A stretch of 64,000 nt of DNA from a virus: the UHGV virus genome UHGV-1364187, one strand, 5' to 3'. Numbering within the stretch: the first letter of the stretch is position 1; each line of letters starts with the position of its first letter. A program made the translations under genes and the position numbers. Below, one piece after another: positions 10,001-18,046 of this stretch. Under the pieces are notes generated by a model that saw only the letters and a program-made list of their open reading frames with translations, was not told where the DNA came from and did not search any database.

Positions 10001-10207
10001 CTAGATAATATACCAATTACATCAGACTTTAATAATCTTAGAGTAGTATGTAATTTTAAAAATAGTGAAGAATTTGTTAAATTTGAAGATGGTATATTCT
10101 TAGAAGAACATGAATTTTCTAATAGAAATATAGAATCTATCATCATAGATCCATCTGTTATTACAGGAGTTAAACTTCCATATGGAAGTGAATTTGATAA
10201 AGAATAA
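7022..10207 (+). CDS. large hypothetical protein (1061 aa), probably virion-associated
   Basis: long ORF translationally coupled to upstream gene (TAG ATG). Confidence 0.5.
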   Translation: MKVFDLMSKLHKSTDSALMETQLGHIPLVYELQKEKFPSNIKYRHELRDSNSYRVLKQDFVRTGLDDSKFMNANDLYKNGKVRKIICVDQNGYKVNDSTINIIIDERTFFINSTDPYAELKYCIVFMEDIVYDKSSVIFGITNGMFVGGIGTNECISSKNLFMEAVFTTDGLIEPKQLNARYKVFKENIYVVKNGKFLSHDVTHVYGNVFKINDFTDTDNWFVYIIYYKDEECIDNVNKLESKIRILDGMFQELPNYIEKMSDDFDYRIDPNKSYKENLHDILNYISNYNHEGLLQLYLENKTSIIEEYTGKYMISLTKPGDICAYLPRRRNGKQYNYIIMYVNGLLYKYHDEIEYNITNIKIPLKEINHEDEILIQFFLDCGNNTYNTTFTKGATNTINFRYITTNPANIELYSPEFEGKHLYDLPVDDTRPLKVDYEYTMNGKDMEVELENPYLYGKELAIVNKRQFRHQKMQIPIKYRNKLRYKAYSISTILSTYRNNIPNNIDEFNALFSNMTATLESIIDIPNELNFIGVDEFPPEYSTDTFAIELEGCFWVEKEDIYNIVLLSNAGSRLYIDDQLMTVDINGRFNVGDVDNGPNRCNILLDRGYHNIKIDYVNNVEHPLLQLAWKGSTEQYYSMMNGDFLYQELPDYYILKLNETDFKYCLNFGHFIMFNDGRRLYDNEAYVKLHGIDQVYDQSYIIISKPIPEGDFIDIFYVPDIILEVYREDRLPEDGYITVDKDNMLNTNHPELCNVYVNGKLINPKHMINLNTNTMKIKSNIHTKSSVCVLKTNMYDGYTDAIFEYSNDVWTEVTNGMSLEVKNKYLGDYEDIIDEEPDYFKPPCVDLIWAIIKKFWIDRFGVIDAEMLFQYNDDPRVLRKTKFLHDYIESTDYEDNSNIEYKLYDQDYHKYHKFICKSPTALKFGKHENLDPNKKYSISMSVSLYLNLSQPTDRFYCELYGSGGTKQIPLCYNQETSLDISQVPKVYMLRLYLDNIPITSDFNNLRVVCNFKNSEEFVKFEDGIFLEEHEFSNRNIESIIIDPSVITGVKLPYGSEFDKE

Positions 10208-10210
10208 AAA

Positions 10211-10250
10211 ATAAAAAGAAAGATAGGTACTAACCTATCTTTCTTTTATT
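10211..10250. terminator. bidirectional terminator between convergent genes
   Basis: aaagaaagataggt/acctatctttcttt 14-bp stem. Confidence 0.6.
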
Positions 10251-10604
10251 ATATTCTTCTCTAACATCAATCATCTTTTGACCTCTATACCGTCCGACGA
10301 TTAATTCTCTCTTAGCGATCCATTCATCACCTGCAATTTGCATATACTTTTCTAAAATGACGCATGTATATTTAGTCTTATTAATATTAACAACAATATC
10401 AAGTGTCTCATCACATTTACCATCTTTATAACTACAATTATTACATAATATTTTCTCTTCTTTAGATTCTTTAATATCACCTAATGAACCATCTGATACA
10501 TACAATTTATAATATAAACCTCTTGGTTCTCTATCCTTTAGTTCTAAATTAATATTATTACATCTTCCTTTTAATGTGAATTTCATTTCTTTTGATTTTA
10601 CCAT
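10230..10604 (-). CDS. hypothetical protein
   Basis: 124 aa; AAGGAGGAG RBS. Confidence 0.45.
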   Translation of the reverse strand: MVKSKEMKFTLKGRCNNINLELKDREPRGLYYKLYVSDGSLGDIKESKEEKILCNNCSYKDGKCDETLDIVVNINKTKYTCVILEKYMQIAGDEWIAKRELIVGRYRGQKMIDVREEYNKRKIG

Positions 10605-10628
10605 AATAAATACTCCTCCTTAAAATAA

Positions 10629-10658
10629 ATAGAGAATACTCTTAAGAGTATTCTCTAT
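10629..10658 (-). terminator. hairpin terminator
   Basis: perfect 15-bp palindrome atagagaatactctt/aagagtattctctat after the stop of the 10664 gene. Confidence 0.55.
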
Positions 10659-10663
10659 ATGTA

Positions 10664-11185
10664 TTATAATAATTCTTTTAATTCTTCTGTAATTGGTATT
10701 ACATCTTGTTGCAATTTACCATATTCATTATAATATTGAATTATAATAGACTTTTCTGTTAATGCTACCCCTGATAATTTCTCATTTTTTAGAATAAAAC
10801 CTATACTATACCCACTTTGTGTTTTTATAATATTTTTATAAGTGGGATGTTCACTATCACTCATTATATAATCTTTAATCTCTCTAAACAATGGTAATAC
10901 TTTAAAGTTTCTCACTTTATAAGTAGCAAGTTTCTTCAGGTTTTTTACAGCTTCTTTCTTTGTATCAGCCCATATACGAGTTTTATTTTTAAACCATTTT
11001 CCTACATATGGTTCATATTCCTCATATATTATAGTATAATAATGCTCATTTCCAGTAACATAGGGTCCTTCTAAATACTCACTTCTACAAGCTAATGAAT
11101 TAGGTCTCATATACATACAATCTTCGCCACTAACTTCGCATTCAGCATGAGACATATCATATCGTTTTGCCCATTTACAACTCAT
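10664..11185 (-). CDS. hypothetical protein
   Basis: 173 aa; CAAGGAGG RBS. Confidence 0.45.
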   Translation of the reverse strand: MSCKWAKRYDMSHAECEVSGEDCMYMRPNSLACRSEYLEGPYVTGNEHYYTIIYEEYEPYVGKWFKNKTRIWADTKKEAVKNLKKLATYKVRNFKVLPLFREIKDYIMSDSEHPTYKNIIKTQSGYSIGFILKNEKLSGVALTEKSIIIQYYNEYGKLQQDVIPITEELKELL

Positions 11186-11261
11186 TTTAAATAACCTCCT
11201 TGAATTAATTATTTAGATGAAAAATATAACACTAGGTTTTTACCATAGTGTTATATCTATA

Positions 11262-11495
11262 TTAATGCATCACAAACATAACCGTTCCGACAATAGCAGT
11301 TATGATTGCAAATATTAATGATTTATCTACAAATTTTCGTGTCTTTATTAAATTATCGACGTCAACATTTTCCCCATTGATGCTACTACGAATTATACTT
11401 AATGCTAATCTAGAATTACTAAGCATTGCAGATGCGATTATCATTAATGCCATCCCATAAATATTACTCATCATAAATAACCAACTCCCTCTCAT
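11262..11495 (-). CDS. small two-TM membrane protein, holin-like (probable start at MMSNIYG, about 11474)
   Basis: two hydrophobic helices (IYGMALMIIASAML; LIFAIITAIVGTVMFVM) separated by a charged loop; GAGGGAG RBS. Confidence 0.4.
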   Translation of the reverse strand: MRGSWLFMMSNIYGMALMIIASAMLSNSRLALSIIRSSINGENVDVDNLIKTRKFVDKSLIFAIITAIVGTVMFVMH

Positions 11496-11584
11496 TTTTA
11501 AATTATTTTAATTTAGAATATAGTTGTCTTGCTAATTTGTAACTATTATTTTTTTTACTGATTCGAATGATGTTGATTCTTCTA

Positions 11585-11986
11585 TCATGCTAGATAGATA
11601 AATGCAATAACTTCACGTTTAGCAATATTCATATTATGACCATGAGATCTAACAATATTTCTAAGTTGAAGTGTAAGTTTTAGTGTTGTACCTCTTGCAA
11701 TAATAGAATCATGTTTCATTAATTTAGATTCTACTCTTGCCTCTTCAGCATCACGTAATGATGTGCTTGCCATTACTTTGGTATCATCAATCCTTCTAGT
11801 ATCATAGACAATTTTCATTAATTCTAATCCCATTCCAGTAATAATGTCTTCATTCTTTGCAATGAAACCTTTTAATTCATTATGAAGTTGGACGAATTTT
11901 TCTTCATATTGTTCTTCTGTGAATTCTTTTCTAGTTGATTGTTCTGCTGCTACACCTGATAATAATTTTGCTACTGTTTTTATAAT
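11585..11986 (-). CDS. hypothetical protein with probable non-ATG (ATT) start
   Basis: reading frame of the annotated 82-aa ORF stays open a further 51 codons upstream to a TAA; AGGAG sits 7 nt before an in-frame ATT at 11986-11984; no in-frame ATG/GTG/TTG. Confidence 0.4.
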   Translation of the reverse strand: MIKTVAKLLSGVAAEQSTRKEFTEEQYEEKFVQLHNELKGFIAKNEDIITGMGLELMKIVYDTRRIDDTKVMASTSLRDAEEARVESKLMKHDSIIARGTTLKLTLQLRNIVRSHGHNMNIAKREVIAFIYLA

Positions 11987-12058
11987 TAAACAACTCCTTT
12001 AATATATAATATAGTTTTTATTTGAGTATAATACATATTATTTATACTATACTCACCT

Positions 12059-12080
12059 AAATAATATATAATTGAAAATT
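12059..12080 (-). promoter_or_regulatory. early-promoter-like motif copy
   Basis: AATAATATATAATTGAAAAT next to the 12101-12128 terminator hairpin. Confidence 0.45.
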
Positions 12081-12100
12081 TAGACCTTTACAAAAAATAT

Positions 12101-12132
12101 AGATAGAGAGATACATATCTCTCTATCTTTTT
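12101..12132 (-). terminator. hairpin terminator after the 12131 gene
   Basis: agatagagagata/tatctctctatct stem + T-run. Confidence 0.55.
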
Positions 12133-12610
12133 ATACATGTAATCCTAATCCTCCGCATACAGCATCAGTAGACATTACTACTAATAATGATATATTAGTT
12201 TTATCTGTCAAAGTATCAACATCTAATGAATATTCTGTTTCATTTGTATATATACCTTTGCAAAAAGTACCTTCATATTCTATTACATTGATTTTAAATT
12301 TTTCATCTATATCATTATACTTAAATGATTTACTATATAATATTTTAGTACCATCATTTAATACAATAAGATTATATGATGTAGTTGTTGTAGTACTACT
12401 ATCAGTAACATTACATGTTACTGAGTATATTGTATTATCCGATAATGTAATAGAAGATATATCTACTTCTATTGGTGTTGAACTCGAAATTGTTCCAGTA
12501 TATACACTAGTACTATCTACAATAATATTTATATTCATACTAGTAGAATCATCAGATGTAACAGATAGTGTATTATTTTCTATAATGCCAGGTGTAATAA
12601 AACATGACAT
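12131..12610 (-). CDS. hypothetical Ser/Thr-rich protein
   Basis: 159 aa. Confidence 0.4.
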   Translation of the reverse strand: MSCFITPGIIENNTLSVTSDDSTSMNINIIVDSTSVYTGTISSSTPIEVDISSITLSDNTIYSVTCNVTDSSTTTTTSYNLIVLNDGTKILYSKSFKYNDIDEKFKINVIEYEGTFCKGIYTNETEYSLDVDTLTDKTNISLLVVMSTDAVCGGLGLHV

Positions 12611-12677
12611 ATTTAATCACCTCTTTTTTAAATTTAATATAATAGAGAGATATATCTCTCTATTATATTTTTGTTAA

Positions 12678-13388
12678 TTAAGATTTAAATGGTGCTAATT
12701 GAGCAGAATACATAGTTTTGAATGTTGTAGATGTATCTAAGTCTGCTACTTTCTTAGCGATATGATAGAATGCCATAGTATTTAAACTATCTTCTAATTC
12801 TTCGGCATGAGCATCCAATAAAGCAACTGTAAGTTGACCTGATACTGCTAAAGATGGCACATGTAATCTATCTAGATATTTTTCGATGAATCCAACAGAA
12901 AGAATTTGATATGTTGATACTGTTTCATAATCAATATAATCGATTAATTCTTCCATAAGATCTTCACCTAAGATTTGATATTTGCATACAATATCAAAAT
13001 CTAATTCATCTTTCATTTCTCTAATGATTTCTGGATCTAATACTTGGAATCTTGCAACAAGATTAAGATCTAAGAAATTCTTAAAGTTTCTCATTAGATA
13101 AGAATCTAATTTTTGATATTTACAGATACATTGCCAATCTAATTTGTCTTTGTATCTATCGATATCACTTGTTGATAATACTTGATATTTTGATACTAGT
13201 CTATATGTAGTAGCTTTGAATTCTTCTGTATATTCATTAGCTGGATTTTCTAAAGTATCAAAAATAACTTTGATATCATCGGCATCCATCTCGAATCTAG
13301 AGAAGACATCAACACGTTCATCTACAGGAGTAGATGATTTTAAAACATGATTAATAAGATCATTATTAGCTTTAATTTTAGTAATCAT
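12678..13388 (-). CDS. hypothetical repeat protein (5 x about 23-aa KYQxL...D.LD repeats)
   Basis: repeats SKYQVLSTSDIDRYKDKLDW / CKYQKLDSYLMRNF / ARFQVLDPEIIREM / CKYQILGEDLMEEL / STYQILSVGFIEKYLDRL. Confidence 0.45.
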   Translation of the reverse strand: MITKIKANNDLINHVLKSSTPVDERVDVFSRFEMDADDIKVIFDTLENPANEYTEEFKATTYRLVSKYQVLSTSDIDRYKDKLDWQCICKYQKLDSYLMRNFKNFLDLNLVARFQVLDPEIIREMKDELDFDIVCKYQILGEDLMEELIDYIDYETVSTYQILSVGFIEKYLDRLHVPSLAVSGQLTVALLDAHAEELEDSLNTMAFYHIAKKVADLDTSTTFKTMYSAQLAPFKS

Positions 13389-13453
13389 TAGACTACCTCC
13401 TTTAAAATAGATTACTTATAAGTTAAAAAATAAAGAGTAGTATATCCTACTCT

Positions 13454-13810
13454 TTAATTAAAATAATCTTCTAACCATTGAACTTCTTCATCAGTCAATA
13501 ATGATAGATCTGAATTTAGAATATTATTATAATTTGTTCTACATGCATCATAAATACGTTGAATTAGATTTAATCTTTTACAATATAAAATCTTTGGTTT
13601 TGCATATTCTACAAAATACTGATGATCTGGAATAGTTTCAAGAACTTCAATGTTTACTTTATCAATTTCTATATTATTGATATTTTCTACAATTGAACAA
13701 TTTATAAGAATATCATGATCTGGATAATACTCTTTTAAGAACTCTTTTATATCATCAGTAAATTCTTTAACAATAAATACGTTACTGTTAAATACTATAT
13801 CTGTAAACAT
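13454..13810 (-). CDS. hypothetical protein
   Basis: 118 aa. Confidence 0.4.
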   Translation of the reverse strand: MFTDIVFNSNVFIVKEFTDDIKEFLKEYYPDHDILINCSIVENINNIEIDKVNIEVLETIPDHQYFVEYAKPKILYCKRLNLIQRIYDACRTNYNNILNSDLSLLTDEEVQWLEDYFN

Positions 13811-13853
13811 TAATACATTAACATATTTTATTCCGTTATCAACAGTAAATTTT

Positions 13854-14030
13854 TACACTTGAATAAAGATATTGTCATTATGACCGCTTGATAATTTATA
13901 TGTTGATATTACTGATGGAATTTGTAAAGATAATGATAGTGAGAAATTATAAAGTACATTTGGTAGTGGATCTTCTCCAATCTTAAATAATCCTCGTTGT
14001 GTTGCATCGTATAAAGTTTCTTTTTTCATA
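13854..14030 (-). CDS. small hypothetical ORF (about 58 aa) not in the ORF track
   Basis: ATG 14030 (MKKETLYDATQRGLFKIGEDPLPNVLYNF...) in otherwise empty intergenic space. Confidence 0.25.
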
Positions 14031-14061
14031 TTTATATCTCTTTTTTATTTATAAAATTTAT

Positions 14062-14091
14062 ATATAGAGTAGATTATAATCTACTCTATAT
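14062..14091 (-). terminator. hairpin terminator
   Basis: atagagtagatta/taatctactctat. Confidence 0.45.
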
Positions 14092-14235
14092 ATTTATATA
14101 TAATGGATAATAATAAGTAAAGTTTAATCTATATATGTTATAGTATAGATTTCTCCTTTCTTATCTATCTTTTAAGGGTTCTTAGTCAACGCCTTTAAAA
14201 GCCCCTTACTTTCTTGTTAGAAGTTTAATAAAACT

Positions 14236-15408
14236 TTACAATCTTGTCTTAAGAACTTCTAAAATCTTAAATTGTAAAGTTGATGGATTAATTAATTCAT
14301 CACCTCTCATATTTACAACATTATCAATATTTACTCCATAATTATTACACATACCAGATGCAGTTTCTTTATTAATCTTACCAATTTCAATATGGTAATC
14401 AAATCTACCATTTCTAAGTATAGCATCATCTAATTTATCTTTATAATTAGTAGTACCAATAAAGATACAATTATTTGGAGAGTTAATACCATCTAATACA
14501 TTAAGAAGATCACCAATTGTATCATATTTCATACTCTTCATATAATTATCAAATGGATTATATTGTTTATCTTTCTTATTATCATCTTTATCAGATCTTG
14601 TTCCTGTAGAACAATCTATATCTTCAAACAATATTACAGAATTAGTCATTCTTGAAATATTATTTATAAGATTATCATTAATATAATTAACTTTTATAAT
14701 TACTAATCTATATCCCATATAACTAGCAATAGCCTTAGCAAATGATGATTTACCAGTTCCAGGTTCTCCATATAATAGAATACCTATATTATGTTTTATT
14801 TGATGCTTTTTATAGATAAAGTCATCTTTCTTAAACTTCTCAAGTATATCTATAATCTGTTCTTTTTTGTCTGAGAATATATTATTCATTGAATATTTAT
14901 CATATTCATATTGATAAAAACTACCATTTTCTGAATATTGTCTAACATCTAATTTATTTACACTTTCTCCTCCTTTGTTTATATAATTAGTAATATATTC
15001 AAATTCTTGCTTCGCATTGACTCCACATATAGAAATATTTATTATATGATTACGAGAATCAGAAGCATCAAATGGAATATTACTAATTGTATATAAACAC
15101 TTATTATGCCATCCAGTGAAATGTAGATTAGAAGGTATATTATTGTCACTTGATGTTGATTTACTTTCATCTAAATATCTATTTGGTTTATAAAATTTAT
15201 TTAAATTTGGAAATAATTCATGCAAGACTTTACATGTATTGTTATAAGGTTCTAACCAAAACATATCATCAACTTGTATCTTATAACATATCTTTTGTTC
15301 AATTGATTTCTTCACTAATGGTGTAACTGTTCTTACAACACTATTTCCTAAGTTTGTTAATCCTGCTACTGCTGCTAATTTCATTAATTGTTTAACTTCT
15401 TTATTCAT
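14236..15408 (-). CDS. AAA+ ATPase, Bcs1-like classical AAA (paralogue 1)
   Basis: C-terminal AAA module: IGILLYGEPGTGKSSFAKAIA (Walker A), ILFEDIDCS (Walker B), IFIGTTNYKDKLDDAILRNGRFDYHIEIG (second region of homology); about 200-aa unique N-terminal domain. Confidence 0.75.
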   Translation of the reverse strand: MNKEVKQLMKLAAVAGLTNLGNSVVRTVTPLVKKSIEQKICYKIQVDDMFWLEPYNNTCKVLHELFPNLNKFYKPNRYLDESKSTSSDNNIPSNLHFTGWHNKCLYTISNIPFDASDSRNHIINISICGVNAKQEFEYITNYINKGGESVNKLDVRQYSENGSFYQYEYDKYSMNNIFSDKKEQIIDILEKFKKDDFIYKKHQIKHNIGILLYGEPGTGKSSFAKAIASYMGYRLVIIKVNYINDNLINNISRMTNSVILFEDIDCSTGTRSDKDDNKKDKQYNPFDNYMKSMKYDTIGDLLNVLDGINSPNNCIFIGTTNYKDKLDDAILRNGRFDYHIEIGKINKETASGMCNNYGVNIDNVVNMRGDELINPSTLQFKILEVLKTRL

Positions 15409-15428
15409 AATCTATAATCTCCTTATAA

Positions 15429-15608
15429 TTAATTATTTTTATTATCAAAAAATGTGAATTTACACCAAGTGATAAAACTTATTGTAACAGCTATCAATAT
15501 AATGATTCCTGGAATACTATCTTGTCAAACTTGACGTAATACTTGTACTGCTATAAAGTATAATATTGTCATACCGAAATTTAATAAAATTCTATTTTCT
15601 GTTTTCAT
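15429..15608 (-). CDS. small TM peptide ORF (27 aa) ending in TGA, followed in frame by a 31-codon open continuation with a second TM segment (possible readthrough product of about 59 aa)
   Basis: ATG 15608 MKTENRILLNFGMTILYFIAVQVLRQV-TGA-QDSIPGIIILIAVTISFITWCKFTFFDNKNN-TAA; the continuation has no start codon and ends 20 nt before the next gene's ATG. Confidence 0.3.
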
Positions 15609-15622
15609 ATACAATCCATACT

Positions 15623-16498
15623 TTAATTTCTTTCACATAATAATTTTAATTGTAATTCACTTTGATTATATGGTGCTTCCATATCTTTAAGAATCTTATC
15701 TGGATCGGCACCAAAATATCTACACATATTTTCTGCAACTTCTCTATTATGTATTGGTTTAACTTCAAAGATCATATCAAATCTACCACTACGTAATAAA
15801 GCTTCATCTAATTTTTCTATATGATTCGTAGTAGCAATAAACATAACTTCTTCTTGAGAGTTAATACCATCCATTACATTTAACAATCCAGCGATATTAT
15901 TTTTATCTTCTACAACTTCCCCATTATCATTAACATTATTAGTTTTCTTATCTAAATATCTATCTATATCTTCAAATACATATATTGTTTCTTCGTATTT
16001 TGGGAGAGTTTTTAATTTAAATGGATCATTTACAGTAATAATACGTCTATTTGTATAATATGCTATAGCTTTGATAAGACTAGTTTTTCCTGTACCTGGT
16101 TCGCCATATAATAAAACTCCAGTCTTATGTATAATATGTTTTTCTTTATAAAAATCTGTATTTGAATTAAATTTGTCTATAAATTTAATAAGTGGTGATA
16201 TATCATCAAAGAATAATTCATCTAAAGATTTACAATATACACGATTAATTAAACCGTTTATAGTATTTGTATTACTATCAAATTCTTGAACATATACAGA
16301 ATTTGGTCTTGATTTAATAGGTGGATGATATTCATCAATTTCTTTAAAAATTTCCAATTTATTATGTCCTATAATATAAAACTTACACGTATTAAAATTT
16401 TTCATTACCTTATTGTCAGTACCTATAGTTTTGAATTCACTTTTTATATCAAATATAATATATGATGATTTATATATACATATATGAATACCGCTCAC
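15623..16498 (-). CDS. AAA+ ATPase, Bcs1-like classical AAA (paralogue 2)
   Basis: TGVLLYGEPGTGKTSLIKAIA, IYVFEDIDR, MFIATTNHIEKLDEALLRSGRFDMIFEV. Confidence 0.75.
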   Translation of the reverse strand: MSGIHICIYKSSYIIFDIKSEFKTIGTDNKVMKNFNTCKFYIIGHNKLEIFKEIDEYHPPIKSRPNSVYVQEFDSNTNTINGLINRVYCKSLDELFFDDISPLIKFIDKFNSNTDFYKEKHIIHKTGVLLYGEPGTGKTSLIKAIAYYTNRRIITVNDPFKLKTLPKYEETIYVFEDIDRYLDKKTNNVNDNGEVVEDKNNIAGLLNVMDGINSQEEVMFIATTNHIEKLDEALLRSGRFDMIFEVKPIHNREVAENMCRYFGADPDKILKDMEAPYNQSELQLKLLCERN

Positions 16499-16561
16499 TA
16501 TATTATTTATACATTGTATTTTTTATCGTATATAAACCCAACTTTTTCTAAATTATTCTTT

Positions 16562-16597
16562 GTATTATTTATACACCATATGATATATCTGTCAAGT
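16562..16597 (-). promoter_or_regulatory. host sigma-A-type promoter (TTGACA-17-ATAAAT with upstream TG)
   Basis: minus-strand text cTTGACAgatatatcatatggtgTATAAATaat about 65 nt upstream of the AAA+ paralogue 2 start. Confidence 0.4.
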
Positions 16598-16639
16598 TTA
16601 CATCCTGCTATATTACAAGTAATTAGATATTTGGATTTA

Positions 16640-16750
16640 ATAAGATTCAATGATTTTTTTACTTAACGTTTTTATTAAATGCTTACATGTTTCTTTAGTT
16701 AAATCCTTAGCTACTGATTTGATTAAAGTGCTTTTCTTTTTCATAATAGA
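16640..16750 (-). CDS. small basic protein (36 aa) not in the ORF track
   Basis: AAGGAGAGAT RBS then ATG 16750 (MKKKSTLIKSVAKDLTKETCKHLIKTLSKKIIESY); early-promoter motif 40 nt upstream. Confidence 0.4.
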
Positions 16751-16786
16751 ATCTCTCCTTTAAAATATATTATACTATTTTCATAT

Positions 16787-16810
16787 TTATAATATATAAT
16801 TGAAAAATAT
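16787..16810 (-). promoter_or_regulatory. early-promoter-like motif copy
   Basis: TATAATATATAATTGAAAAATAT directly downstream (minus sense) of the endolysin terminator. Confidence 0.5.
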
Positions 16811-16838
16811 ATTAGAAGAGTAAAAATACTCTTCTAAT
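16811..16838 (-). terminator. hairpin terminator after the endolysin gene
   Basis: attagaagagta/tactcttctaat. Confidence 0.6.
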
Positions 16839-16841
16839 ATA

Positions 16842-18026
16842 TTATAATTGTTTAAATGATCCTTCTTGAATATATCCACGTATATCTTTATATTTACATG
16901 CGTATACAGAAATACCATTTATAATTTGTTTCTTAGTAGATGTAAGGATAGTATCTCCTTTTTTACCAGTACATAAAATTTTAAGATCTTTATCTCTTAT
17001 ATTAGCACTGTTTACTAATACAGCATTATATCTTTCATCTATTCTTTCTACATATTGAGCATATACCCAACCTCTATCAGTTTTATACCATCCACCTTTT
17101 TCTTCTAAAAGACTAATAACTTCACCATTTTTATATGTTCCTACAATGGTAGCGTTTGTTGAAGGTGTTTGTCTTATATTTAAAGATGGTGCGGCTATAA
17201 CTTTACCTGTTGCACCTGTGATATTTAATGATGTTGAATTGTTAGTATTAGAATCATTCATTATATCTAAAGCTATATCTTTAGAATACTTAGAACTAGA
17301 AGACATGAATCCAGATACATTATCAACTTTAACTCTATACCACCCATCAACAGTTTCGTATACATTTAATTCTGTTCCTGTTGGTAAAGATTTAATGACA
17401 TCATATACTTGATTAGGTCCTTTTCTTATATTCATATTATCTATCAATTTTATTCTCTTATCGATAGAATCTTCTAATGCTACGTTTCTTCCATTCATCA
17501 TATCTTGATATAAATCTTGAACTTTTAATTTAAACTCTTTCCAAGCATTTATATCAGATATATAAAATGCTGGGCAATTCTTTCCAGTAATATCATAATG
17601 TCTATATACATCATTAATTGTAAGGTGATATTTCTTTAGAAGATATGCAGTTAACCAAGCAGTGTTTTCCATAACCTTACTAAAGTTTGAATCTTTATTA
17701 ACACACATCTCTATTGAAATTGTAGTATAGTTTGGTTGTAATCCATTATGAAATAATTTCTTTCCAGTAGCAGTATATGATTTAGCTCCTACTGACCATG
17801 CTACTTCATTATCTGGAATTGCTTGTAATATGATTGTATCATCTACTAAATACTGTGTACTTGCATAAGTCGTAGTAGTTTCGTAATAATTCCTATTAGC
17901 TCTAGCATTAGCACGATTACCATAATTAGCTGTGTAATGAATTACTATACCTTTTCTTATAGTGCATTTAGTCATAGGTCTATTCCTAGTACTTGTTAAT
18001 AAATCTTGTGTTATTGTTGTTACCAT
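16842..18026 (-). CDS. endolysin: N-acetylmuramoyl-L-alanine amidase (Amidase_2/PGRP) with two C-terminal SH3b domains
   Basis: N-terminal amidase region (IVIHYTANYGNRANARANRNYY...EMC...HYDITGKNCP) and two SH3-like repeats (GWYRVKVDNVSGFM; GGWYKTDRGWVYAQYV). Confidence 0.8.
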   Translation of the reverse strand: MVTTITQDLLTSTRNRPMTKCTIRKGIVIHYTANYGNRANARANRNYYETTTTYASTQYLVDDTIILQAIPDNEVAWSVGAKSYTATGKKLFHNGLQPNYTTISIEMCVNKDSNFSKVMENTAWLTAYLLKKYHLTINDVYRHYDITGKNCPAFYISDINAWKEFKLKVQDLYQDMMNGRNVALEDSIDKRIKLIDNMNIRKGPNQVYDVIKSLPTGTELNVYETVDGWYRVKVDNVSGFMSSSSKYSKDIALDIMNDSNTNNSTSLNITGATGKVIAAPSLNIRQTPSTNATIVGTYKNGEVISLLEEKGGWYKTDRGWVYAQYVERIDERYNAVLVNSANIRDKDLKILCTGKKGDTILTSTKKQIINGISVYACKYKDIRGYIQEGSFKQL

Positions 18027-18046
18027 AATTAATCAACTCCTTTTTA

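Noticed and set aside
14140-14235. Possible small structured RNA (GC-richer imperfect stems cttttaaggg...cctttaaaag, ctttacaat...attgtaaag) downstream of AAA+ paralogue 1
   Set aside because: Stems are imperfect and could simply be a terminator or 3'-UTR. There is no supporting covariation within the window.
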